64,000 nt of DNA from Psammoneis japonica (taxonomy: Eukaryota), in assembly GCA_008632985.1 (NCBI GenBank), contig QPGO01000014.1, forward strand, positions 186,001 to 250,000. Direction: 5' to 3'. The translations under genes and the position numbers were made by a program. Shown here piece after piece: positions 25,583-36,576 of the stretch (the first letter of the stretch is position 1; every line of letters starts with the position of its first letter). The notes below the pieces were generated by a model that did not search any database, was not told where the DNA came from, and worked only from the letters and a program-made list of their open reading frames with translations.

Positions 25583-25771
25583 CGAGTGCCGTCTTTTGGG
25601 CACAGCAGCCTAAACTGAATTTGTCTTACCGGAAACAATGCCAAAAGCTGCCGGAAATACCAGTCGAAATGAATGTTCGCAAGGTGGTTGTCATAGAAGA
25701 AGAAGAAGGAGAAGGAGAAGACAAAGCTCCCATGCTTCCATGGTTGAAACGCAAGAAGTAGTTAGAAAAAA

Positions 25772-27367
25772 ATGGTGAAGACGAGGAGACAAAACAAGCG
25801 CTCATTCGACCGTATGAAAGGGGAGAAGGAGAATCATCGAAGTCTCCCTGCGAAAGAGTCTAAGTTATCCAAAAGAAAAGTCGGCTCTCATGAGAAAGCG
25901 ATAGAACCTAGACAGAAGAAGGCGAGGCATCAGAAAGCGAAAAAGGAAACGACAGCAACAAGTCCTGATTTGTGGCTTGTCACTGGTGTTGACAGAAACA
26001 AAGGCTTGTCGGAAATTGCAAAACTTCTTCCAACTGGACTCAAGAAATGCAACAAACAAGTCGCTCATTTTTTTCTCTTTTTGTATGAACGGCAACAAGT
26101 TTGGGAGCGCCGCAATGGCGGAGAAGAAGAATACACCAAGTGCGTAGCGATGCAGCAATACTTCTTTTGCAACGTAAGTAGCAGAAAAACGAAATCGTAT
26201 GTATCTGTCTCTTCTTCGTGTATTATTGATAATCTCGTATGCTCTCTCTGTGTGACTTGCAGAACTACAGAGAACTTGATCGGGGAACTTGTTATTTCAG
26301 AGCACACGTGTTGAATCTGTTGGAGAAAGGACCGGGCAGTCACCAGAATTGGTTTGAAGTCATCTTATGGGCTTCAGTATGCTATCGGCTTGTCAACAGG
26401 ATCAGCACCTTTGAAGATTTCGGGTGCATTCCTGGCATTGCCGATTGGCCGCGCTTACTAAAGTTCCTTCAGAAGAATCATCATGTCAAGAAGCTGTTTA
26501 CGGATGCACACATGACAAGTGGGTACGGGCCTTATGTCAAGAGCATGTCGGCTCTCTACGAGAAGGACGGAGCAAAGATAAAGCAAGTCGGTCTACAGGT
26601 GCTCCAATGCTGCATGAACCGAGACTTGAAGGGTTGCTTTCAGGCCGTCAAGACAATCGATGGTGCCGGACCATTTCTTGCTTGGCAGGTGACTTGCGAT
26701 TTGATGGAGTCGCAATGCCTCAAGCCTTGCACCGAAAATGACTGGACTGAACTAGGCCCAGGAGCAAAAGGTCAGTTCTAAAAAAGACACGAGGATACTG
26801 TTTGAGATGCCCTTGTGATTCACTTTCTATGATTCTTGTTTTTGCTTACCGGCAGGTGGTATTGACCATATTTTTCGGGAAGGCAAGCAGAAAAATGCTT
26901 ATCTGGATCTTGCAGTGATTTTGCGAGAGCGTCAGGACGCTGTCTTTGAAGCCCTTGGTCTCAAGTTTCCTCGATGGAACGGGGTGCCGTTGACCTTGAA
27001 GAACATCGAGCACCCGCTGTGTGAATTCAAGAAGTACGTGACTATCCAGAGTAAGCTCGCAACGAACCAAAAAGTTCTTGGACAACGACGGAAAAAGTCT
27101 CGAAAGTCAATGGATCTCGGCAAGCCATGCCACAATGCCAGAACGTGCGGTGTAGATGACTCGGAAGAAATCCGATTGTGTAATAAATGTCTAGTGGGCT
27201 TTTGTGGAGGATGTGGCCCAAGGGATTCGACTTCGGCGTGTTGGGTTTGTCATCGTTGCACTGCGTTTGAAGCACTGGCTTTCGACATTGATGATGTTCC
27301 AAAAGAAAGAAGGAGCAGGCGTCGGTCCGCATCATCTGGTCAGGCAGCCCGAAAAATTAAGACCTGA
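25772..27367 (+). CDS. 5-hmdU DNA kinase (aGPT-Pplase1 / HMUDK helical domain) family protein with C-terminal ADD/PHD-like zinc finger, about 473 aa, 3 exons
   Basis: Exons 25772-26173, 26263-26770 and 26856-27367 join in frame via GT-AG introns. Motifs FFLFLYERQQVW, FFCNNYRELDR, YRLVNRISTF, GPFLAWQVTCDL, DWTELGPGAKGG and LTLKNIEHPLCEFKKY. C-terminal C-x5-C...LCNKCLVGFCGGC...WVCHRC; basic N-terminus. Confidence 0.85.
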
Positions 27368-27445
27368 AAGGGACTACTGTATGGACCAACCTTATAGGAC
27401 AAATGATGTAAGTAAGACAATCAATTTAGTGCTCGGGCTCTCGAG

Positions 27446-28570
27446 CTAGAAATGCTTCTCTTGCAATGCCTTCAACTTCTGCACCAACTCTAGAGGCGGT
27501 GGGTTGTAGGATGAAAATAGTATGTTGGGGCTATCGGTAAGCTCGGGAAGAAAGCTTGCATCTCTATCCCAACTGTAGCCCAACTCCTTCATAATGGGTG
27601 CCACATCCTTCATCATAGAGACGCATGCTTCTCTCTGCTTACACATGTTCAGTCTTTGAAGGGCGTCGCGACTGTGCGCTAAGAACTTCGACGCGTCACC
27701 CTCGTGTAAATGCAACCTTCGGTTCAAGCTCTCCCCCCGAGAATGATTGGAGTATCCACAACCACTAGCAACCATAGTTTCAAGTTGCCTGGATATTTCA
27801 TCATGAGCCATCACCAATGTCTCATAGTTGACGACAATGTAGGACTCAATCTCACCACTTCGTAATTCATCCAACACATGCGCCCAGACATCAATCCAAA
27901 TGTATAGATATAGGGATAGATTGTTGCCCCAGTTGACACGGTGCCAGTCCACTGGATGCCTCATGATTATAACATGGACAGTTGTGGTAACCTTTAGTCT
28001 TTCTAGAAGTAAGATGTCAAACGTTGGTGTCTTTTGAATGAGCATGGGCTTACTCATGTCCCAATATTTCGTCCACTGATGATACAGCCTCTGTTTTTCA
28101 GTGCTATTATCTGCTATAGAGAGCAGATTCGGACAATAAAAATTTCGCGCCATTCCTTTTGCGCCTCCACCTCTACTGCGGGAAACACTGTCGTGACAAA
28201 CCCTGAATTTTTTTTCTCTCCTCATGAAACTGGGATAAACATTCTGAATGTGTTGTCCCTCATCTTCTGGTTTAAGTGTATTCTCGTGGACAGTCGACAC
28301 GTTGTGGAAAATATCGTGAATGGTCTGTCTGAGAAATCCCGTTCCAGAATGGTGAAACCCATGAATGTTCACGACACAGTGATGTCCTGAAAAATCCGGG
28401 AAAGAATTTTCCAGTACTTTCGGTATTGATCTTCCGGAATCATCATTGGATGTATAGAAATACAGTAAACACAGAATAAATAGAATAGCTGCGCAATTTC
28501 GTATCCTGACAAAGCCACATTCTTTTTGCTTTCTGTGAAGTTGTTCTAGAGGGAAATAATGCCGGCCCAT
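27446..28570 (-). CDS. Type II membrane sulfotransferase-family (P-loop) protein
   Basis: N-terminal TM, GFHHSGTGFLRQ (5'-PSB-like), IQKTP, IIMRHP and VVNYETLV. Confidence 0.75.
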   Translation of the reverse strand: MGRHYFPLEQLHRKQKECGFVRIRNCAAILFILCLLYFYTSNDDSGRSIPKVLENSFPDFSGHHCVVNIHGFHHSGTGFLRQTIHDIFHNVSTVHENTLKPEDEGQHIQNVYPSFMRREKKFRVCHDSVSRSRGGGAKGMARNFYCPNLLSIADNSTEKQRLYHQWTKYWDMSKPMLIQKTPTFDILLLERLKVTTTVHVIIMRHPVDWHRVNWGNNLSLYLYIWIDVWAHVLDELRSGEIESYIVVNYETLVMAHDEISRQLETMVASGCGYSNHSRGESLNRRLHLHEGDASKFLAHSRDALQRLNMCKQREACVSMMKDVAPIMKELGYSWDRDASFLPELTDSPNILFSSYNPPPLELVQKLKALQEKHF

Positions 28571-29040
28571 AGAGCACTGATTCTTTTTCAATAAATCTTA
28601 GACAACAGGCACCTTGACTTGTAATGTACCTATGCTGGTAGTCGTTGTGTTCTGTCGTCGTTGCTTTGTTTACCATCGACCATCGTCGATTGTGAATTGC
28701 ACGCGCTGTGATGATTCTGGATTTGGCGATATAAAAAAAAAATGGCGGCCGCGATGGATGCACGTCGTGGCGCGGTGACAATGACTGTATGACCCAGAGG
28801 TCATTAGGGACATTTTCGTCCGTGTAGACTGAAGGAGAACCCGGAGGAGTCGATCTTCTGGATCTTTGGCGGAAGACGGACAGCAAACAGCAAACGCCGC
28901 ATGCAAATAACTGAAGACAACAACAACAACTAACTACTATTAACAACAACCAAAAACTGCAACAATCCAAACCAAAAGTAAGCATCTTACAGTCTTCGGT
29001 GTCGCAATATCCACAGAGAAGCAGCAATAGAGCAATCATA

Positions 29041-29672
29041 ATGGGAAACAGGGGATCCTCTTCGAAAGCCAGTGATGCTACCCCGTCACCTGAAGGTGAC
29101 ATGGAGAATGCTTCAGGCGTTTTCGTTTCTCCTAGTTTACTCAGTAAGTTCAGCGAGAGCATCTGTTTCATTGAAACTTTACAGTGTCGTTCAGTCTAAC
29201 CACAATCTTCATCCATTCTCTTTTGTACATGTCTTCAACTGCAGACCAGGCAGTCGCGGACTTTCAAAGCACGGTGCTCAAGGAGGAATGGGAGAAGCAC
29301 CAGAAGTTTTTGATTGCACGTGGTAACCAGCGTCGACTGGACGATTTCAACCGCGAAGAGGAACTGAAGAAACGCATGGATGAGTTTCGTGCCACCAACG
29401 AAAAGGTTCAGGCGCAACTCGATGAGCGTCTTGATAGCACAAGAGCAAAGTTTGCAGATATGAGCGTGGAAATGGAGCATACACTCAAGCAACTGTCTTT
29501 GAAACACAGCCGTGAGATGAAAAAGGAGCAAGTTTCAAACGAGAAACCGTGCTTGCAACAACGTGCAAATCTAACAATGTGCTTGAAAAACGAGAACCAG
29601 TCTGAATCCTGTGATGATTTTATGGAGGCTTTAGACCAGTGCGTTTCAAAAACTATTGCTAGCAAGAAGTAA
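29041..29672 (+). CDS. MIC19/CHCHD3-like coiled-coil twin-CX9C protein
   Basis: MGNRGSS myristoylation-type start; intron 29144-29244 joins in frame; coiled coil; C-x9-C...C-x9-C at the C-terminus. Confidence 0.7.
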
Positions 29673-29829
29673 TTTGCGTCGCAGCAGCCCTTGTTTTAAA
29701 ATGTGAAATTATGAGTTACTCACTGGGCAGAAAGCGAACTCGCTTTGCTTGCCGCTATTTTCGTTTCGCTGGACGAAAGACTTTCAAGTGTACGAATGAT
29801 GTCTTGATCAAATCAAGAACAGACACAGA

Positions 29830-30886
29830 TGTTCGTCGGAAGGTCTTCGCCAACCCACAGGTAGTTATCAGATCCAGGAGTGCCCGGGTGAGAAAATATT
29901 ATGAGCTTAGACCTGATCTGATTTGAAGTTTGTACAATCAGATGGACCAAGAGGATCCCTTCTTTCTAGGGTTTATCCTTGGCCATGAGCCGCCGCAACC
30001 GTCCGCCACCCCGTCATGTCGATTAAAAATCGACAATGCCGCCAGATTCGTCGAAGGTCGAAGAGAGTCACCATCATCGACAAGCTGGTTGCCAATCTGT
30101 GACTTTAAAACAGCAAAAACACGAGCTGCAGGATCGATATTCCAAGCAGTCCCGTTCAAGTCAAGAACGGTAGGGCCAGTCTCATCAATAATCTAGGCAC
30201 ATACTGACCCGGCTGCAATACCATATCATCAATCCCATCAAAAGATTGAAGACTATCGGTGGCATAATTGTCTTCGGCTGTCCAACCTCATAGATCCACA
30301 GGTTCGCACGAGTGATTTAGAATCTCTACCCATTCACTGGTTGTGCTGGTGAGTTGTCCCAACTCGGGATTGGGAAAATACATAACCTCAGTGAAAATCA
30401 CACCTGCACAATTGACAGAAGGGGTTTCAGTTGGAGTTAATGTTGGAGTCGATGTAGGGTGTCTTGAAGGTCTCACGAACGGCACATAGCTTGGCTCAGA
30501 CGACGGAACCATGGTACATCAATGGGAGGCGCACTCGAAACTGTCGAAGGTATAGTAGATGGAAGCATGAAGGTGTCATGGAGTTCACACTGCTGGGTTC
30601 TGACGATAGACTTGTAGACGGCATGTCACTCAGGGCTGCACTTGGTGCTGATGACGGCTCTGATACGGGCGCAGAAAAGGTGAGAGCTATTGTAGGAGTT
30701 GATATCAGCTTCGTAGTCCCGGTGCTCCACCCTTTCCGCCTTTCCCCTAACTATACCTCCTTTGCCCCCTTTTTTCCTCCTTTACTTTTGAGTCTTCGCT
30801 CGATAACTTTGGCATGTGCTCCATTGGCAAAGTGAACATGATAGTCCAGGACGCAAGGGTAAAACAAACACTGAACTGAGTTTCAT
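29830..30886 (-). pseudogene. Disrupted secreted P/S/T-rich protein with lamin-tail-like (LTD) domain
   Basis: Signal-like start, ERRLKSKGGKKG, PSxxPS repeats and VIFTEVMYFP...EWVEILN...PVDL*GW; in-frame stop and several frameshifts. Confidence 0.6.
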
Positions 30887-31538
30887 GGTTGAATGAGTAT
30901 TTCGCTTCTCATGCGAAACACCAATCGCAACGAAAGAAGATGTGGGCTCCCCGCACTGAGTCGCGTCCTCTCCTCACGTCGGACGTTCCTCAAACAAAAT
31001 CACTGCCCCTAAGAGGAAGAATGAAATGCAAGGAGAACGGAAAGCACCTTGAAGCACACCGGCAAAGCAACGTTGCAAGGGCGATAACGTGAGGAAAGAA
31101 ATCTTGATGCCGCGAATGCCTGATTAGTTGAAACAATGCGATCCACAAAAAATGAGATTCATGATGGAATAAGGGGTGATTTGATCACGGGACACCCCTT
31201 TTGATAACCAAGACAAGTTACTGAAGATGATGGCGGCCAGTGTTCATTGTTCAATGATTTAACATTCTTCAACTCGGGAGTGCCGCATTGCCTATTTTGC
31301 TCATATATTCCACTGAGATTGGCATGTGATGCGGCAAAATAAAGTGATCACCTAAGAATTATGTTACGTTCAAAGCCATTGTGCGTAACTCGATCACTAC
31401 CGTAGTTTGGATTAAGATCCGAATAGTAGCAACACTACCCTATGTTCTTCATAAATTGTTATTGGCTGTCGATCGCTGGAAGTGATCGAAAGTTTCGTCC
31501 GTTCGAAAGTCGAGGACGCTCTGTAACAAGTGCTCTTT

Positions 31539-32669
31539 TCAGCAAGAGCCGCCGCAATAAGTATTCCAAGAACAGCTTCTTTCGGCATCAACAAAACTGA
31601 CAGCATAAGTACCCTTACCAGAAGAGCTGCCAGCTAAACAAACAACAAAATAGGTACATGATCCACATGTAATCGATACTGGAGATTCTCCACCAATAAT
31701 TAAACATGGAGGAACTGGGTTAGAGCAGCCAGGTCCTGCCTGGAAGATCCGGTATGAGCCTTGAGCAGCGGGAGAACCTGGTTCACACTCAGCATAACCA
31801 GAGCAGCTACATGGTCCATCAAAGGCCTCGAGGGTCGACAGATCACACTCTTCTACCTCGTGACAGCTTTCACTCGACTGGAAGGCACCGCAGGCTTCTG
31901 TGCATGTATCGAAGATCTGCTGGTCAATGTCGATTGCTAGAAGACACCCGTTCGAGGGATCCGCCCTGTTTTCACATGAATCTGCATATACGCGGGCCGT
32001 TTTCCGACAGGCGGCTGCCAAGCGCTCTTTCAGCTTTTTGGATGATACCTGAGGGAGAACAGACTCCAGCAAGTCATTGCAAACGTTCTTTGAGCCGGCA
32101 TTTGCATCACATCGAGCCTGAACCTCAGACGAACAGTCTGGACCACAAGTGTCCGTGAGGCATGACGGCCCGATAATCTCGTTACATTGATCGGTGCAAG
32201 AGCGATCGCAATCATAGTCCAAGCTTTCAAATACAGCCTTCCGCGGTGAGCCCACGCCGCTTCCAGGCGGTAACAGGGCGTCCAACGAAGAATCCGCCAC
32301 AACTTCAGGAGCAGTATTCTGAAAGTCAGCAAATTTCGCAAGCACTTCTGCAAGGTCTTTACATTGTGCTGCTCTGATGTCACCTAACGCACCAAGTTTC
32401 GAAAGGAACACTCCAGCGGCTTCCACGTATGCACACGCTAAGTAGTTAACACTAAAGTCCAAAATAGTCACAAGCAAATTCGGCCCCCTCGGAGGTATGA
32501 AATTACATGCCAGAGAGTCAGACAGCTGCAGACTTGCTTCACTGAAAGCCTTTAGCTCAGCAGCAGTTTGCCTCAGTCCCTTGCAATTTGCCGATGCTGG
32601 CGTGACGACCTCACCGGCAATTGCCAGCAGCAGCACGAGGGTGGCTCCACTCAAGATTCGGAGCCGCAT
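31539..32669 (-). CDS. Secreted Cys-rich hypothetical protein, about 376 aa
   Basis: Intact ORF, signal peptide MRLRILSGATLVLLLAIAG, many Cys, normal Tyr content. Confidence 0.75.
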   Translation of the reverse strand: MRLRILSGATLVLLLAIAGEVVTPASANCKGLRQTAAELKAFSEASLQLSDSLACNFIPPRGPNLLVTILDFSVNYLACAYVEAAGVFLSKLGALGDIRAAQCKDLAEVLAKFADFQNTAPEVVADSSLDALLPPGSGVGSPRKAVFESLDYDCDRSCTDQCNEIIGPSCLTDTCGPDCSSEVQARCDANAGSKNVCNDLLESVLPQVSSKKLKERLAAACRKTARVYADSCENRADPSNGCLLAIDIDQQIFDTCTEACGAFQSSESCHEVEECDLSTLEAFDGPCSCSGYAECEPGSPAAQGSYRIFQAGPGCSNPVPPCLIIGGESPVSITCGSCTYFVVCLAGSSSGKGTYAVSFVDAERSCSWNTYCGGSC

Positions 32670-32752
32670 GTTTGGCAAGCTAGAGTAGAGGGTGGATTGT
32701 GTGCACTAAGTGTGTTGCATTGTACTCGAAGGCACGGAAACAGACACTTCAC

Positions 32753-32818
32753 GGATCAGTTCGCGGATGATCAGTTCGAGGATGATCAGTTCGAGGATCA
32801 GTTCGCGGATCAGCTCGA
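32753..32818. repeat. Tandem 12-15-bp repeat (GGAT[GAT]CAGTTCGM) x5
   Basis: ggatcagttcgc ggatgatcagttcga ggatgatcagttcga ggatcagttcgc ggatcagctcga. Confidence 0.9.
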
Positions 32819-32879
32819 GTTTCAGCTTGGAACCCTAATCGGCCAACTTACGAATTTTCTTTTCTTGAATGTGACTGGC

Positions 32880-35800
32880 GCCAAATCGATCTTCTTGTCA
32901 GGGTGCAGCACAGCTGTCTGATGAATGCTGTGTGTTGTCTTGGACCCACTCGATGGCATTGAATCTCATCCTTTCCCATCGGAATGTGAGTCTCGATTCA
33001 GCATCGTTGTGGAGACAAACCAGCACCATCCTCCCAGCGGAGATGTCTGGAGCTGATCTTAAAAGAGGGAGCTTGTCAGCATCTGAGGCACGGAGGAGTT
33101 GCTCCAATGATTGCAACACTGAATCACATGTTGACAGAGCCACACACTTTGGAGCATGGCTTTTGCCACTTGTTTGCTTGCCAATTGGACCACAGTGTGA
33201 CACCACAACAGGCAAGAAACAATGGCATTGCCCAAGACAAGGCTTGAGATGCTTGCATTTCTTTCCTTTTTGTGGTCCAGCGGGAGGTCTTGGAAGTGTG
33301 GAACAGCGCATCTGTGTCGGCTGCTCTGGCATCCATGATCACGTCTGTGCTCCATTCCCAAGAGCCTCTGGCTGAAAGACCTCCATGATTGCAATGTCTG
33401 GACTTGTTGCTGACAGTGACTGGGCTTTCAGGCTGAAGGCACAACCGCTGGTGGCTGGGCTTCTGGAGGTGCAACCAGCGGGGTTCACAAATGGTTTGCA
33501 CAGTGTGCTTTGGAAGGCTTGAGTGCCAAAGTGCATGGGTGGCCAAGCTTGTCATGGATCTCCTCATCATGTTGAGGAGAGACAGTTGATTTGCCTTTCT
33601 TGTGCTGAAGGGTGTGTCATGTGGAGAGCTTGCAGTTGCATCCATTGCAAGCCTTTGGCAAGTCAGGGGGTTCTTTGCTGCAGCACAGGAAGAGGGCATC
33701 TCAAAATTTGCAACATGAAAGTTCGGTGCCATTCAGTGCGCAAATGGATGCACTGACACAGCCAAGCAACAGTTTTGGTGCTGGGCATTGCTGCATGAGC
33801 TTCAACATTGGGTGGTGACTGAACAAAGAACAGACTTGAGTGCATCTTCATTTTTTTGCTTTCCTTTTGGCTGCTGCTGTCCTCACATCACGTGTCATGT
33901 CCTTGTGCATGGCTGTGGTGAATTGAGAGTGGCCACGAAGTGAGTCAATCAGCTGCATGTGAGCACATGAGAGCACTTGCTTCAAAGCTCTGTTTTGCAA
34001 ACTCTGTTGGACATTGGACAGACAATCCTGCAAATCTGATTGGCAGGGCGGCAAAGGCCAGTCTCGGGTTGTTGTTTTTGTCCGACACAGTCTCTCCCAG
34101 AAGTGCCAGTGGGAATTGATGCTTGATTGCATCTTCTGTGTTGGTGCAAAGGAATCACCACCACTGTTTTTTGCTGCACATTGAACACATTGCCACTTGT
34201 GTTGCAAAGACTTCTGCAGACCAGCACAGGCCATCTGTGAATGGCAAATTGCTGTCTTGGAGAGTCTGTGAATGACCCCTTCACTGGTCTCAACATTGAA
34301 GCCAAGGCATTCAAAGTGTTTCCTGGTGTTCTCCAGATTGTTCTCTGGGACTGATGGATTGTTCTTGGAGTTGTTGGTGAGGCAGCAGCTGTGTTTGGGT
34401 CCTTTGGCTCATGGAGTCAGGAAGAAGTGTCACAGAAGGTGAACTTTCCCTGCTGCAGCAGAGTTGTTGGTGTGCCGAAGAGTGGGTGCATCTGGAAAAT
34501 GCTTGTTCATCTCCCGGATCAGTGGGAGAAGGCCTGGCTCATGTGCTCCAATGCCCAGTGGATCACTCTGTGCAATGCCTTGTGTCCTTGCTGTGAAGGG
34601 AAGCAAATGTTGAGAGGTTCCCCATGGATGATCAAGATGCTCCAGTGCTTGTGGCAGTTGCTTGAAGGTGAGCTGAATGCCAGAAGGTCATTTGTGCCCA
34701 ACTGTGAACAGCACCAGCATCTTGTTTTTTTGTTGAAGCTGTTGGAGGCATCAACAAAAAGGAATCTGCGGTCATCATCAAATTTGTGTTGCCCCCAGAG
34801 TGGGTTCATTGCATGAACCCTGCCTTCAATGCCTGCCTCCAATCCAGCACATGATTGCTGGTCAGCAGCACAAGCCTCCTCAGCTTCTGCATAGAAACCA
34901 GGAGAATGGCTTTGGTCATGTGGCTCATTGCCACGCCCCCCGCCCCCACACCAACCAAACGAATGCCCCAATTTTTGTCCAACATGATGAGTCTCTTAGC
35001 CATGAGAGCCCTGCAGGCTGCCCCAGGGGGCAACTCATTTGATGGCTGGTTGGTGAATGTGCACGGTGCTTCTCAAAGCAATCCACAATCCACTGGCCTT
35101 TCTATGATGGAGAAGCCATTCCAACACACCACGCATGCATCAAATCCACCAAGTCCTGTGCTCCCTGACAATCTTTGCATGACAGCATTGACAACACTGT
35201 TGGTGATGATGACATCCAGTTCACTGCATTTGGTGAATTGGTCTTCTTCCAGAATCCTCAACTCTGGATGTTTTGCTTTGTGGGGACTTCCTGAACTGTG
35301 TCCTTCATCCTCTTGTTGACATCATCCAGTGATGGCATTTCACCTTTTCTCCTCTCAGTGATGTGCCTGACTGTGCACCTCTCATGTTTTCTTGCAGCAC
35401 CATTTTGTTGAATGCCTTGGCACACTGCTTGGGTGTCTCATTCCTCTGAATGGACTTGAGATGGCTTGCAAGCAGCCACTTGGCAGATTCAACCAGCATT
35501 TTGTGTTTGTCCATGTTCCAATCATCCACATGCCTGGCGAGCAAGGTTCTGATGTCCTTTGCTCTTTTTGTGTTGCAGCCCCACTGTAAAATGACAATTT
35601 GAAATGCCACAAACCTCCACAAGTTCCATTTCCACATCTTGATTCTGTGAAGTGACTCTGCCAATGTTGCAACAAATTGTTTCCCTGGGGAACTGTTTGG
35701 AAAGTCATGCCATTGTGTTGGGTGGGGTGTTGGCCGGTGCCAATGCTCTTGCCAAGAAGTTGAGTTGTCCAATGTTCCACCATCCAGATGAGCGCCATCA

Positions 35801-36480
35801 TTTAGATTGCATGTTTTGCCACACACCTCACAAATGAGCCATTCAGCATCCGAGTTGAAGTTGTTGGGTGCAATGTTGGTTTTGACCTGTGGTGGGATGA
35901 AAACTCCTTCCAAGAGTCTCCTTCATGATCCTCCGACTGCTTTCTTTCCGTTGAGGCAGTGTCAACCTCCTCACCATTTCCACTCACATCAGCATCTGCA
36001 GCTTGTTTGTTGGGTGTGATGTTCTCTTTGTTGGCATCGGGGTTGGCCACTTCTTTTTCTCTTTTGTTGGCATCGTCAGGGGCATCTGAGATGTGTTGAC
36101 AAATTTTTGGCTGAAGTGGACTAGTTTGCGGGGAGGTCAGAAGTTCCCGAGTCTTTTTATCCGAGTTCCTGTCACTCAAGCCACAACAGGGAGCCCAGCT
36201 TTGTTTTTTACGTCTGGGGAAGCAAGCGCAAGAGTTGCATGGTTGGTCATGCAGGTGACACGAACAAGCACGAGTTTGGCAGGTAATAGTTCCCGAAGAA
36301 CAGTCGCTTGCGCCGGATTCGGGAATGTCCCAGGTGCGGCTGCCGTGTTGGAAGGCGGATGCGATGTTGTAGTACGACCTGACTTTCCCGCAGCTTGCGG
36401 TTGTTGTGTACGACAACGACTTCTTCAGTCATGTCCAAGTTTGGCTGTTGTTGTGTACGGCAACAACTTCTTCAGTCATA
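32880..36480 (-). mobile_element. Decayed CRE-like non-LTR retrotransposon (RT plus restriction-like endonuclease); hypermutated domain 2
   Basis: NDGAHLDGG, RLIMLDKNWGIRLVGVG (cf. RLIALDK..GVRPIGIG), CAGLEAGIEG.VHAM, FVDASNSFN, RGSWEWSTDVIMDARAADTDA and KKCKHLKPCL. A 47-bp duplication lies at the 5' end (36400-36480). Confidence 0.85.
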
Positions 36481-36576
36481 CATGGCATCCGAACACGCAA
36501 GCAATGGCCCTTAATCTAGCAATGGTTCGCAACATCATAGTTATACTCATAAGCTTAATCCCCTTTTTTTTTGCGG

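Noticed and set aside
32753..32818. CRISPR-like array
   Set aside because: Units are 12-15 bp and contiguous, with no spacers and no cas genes; eukaryotic context.
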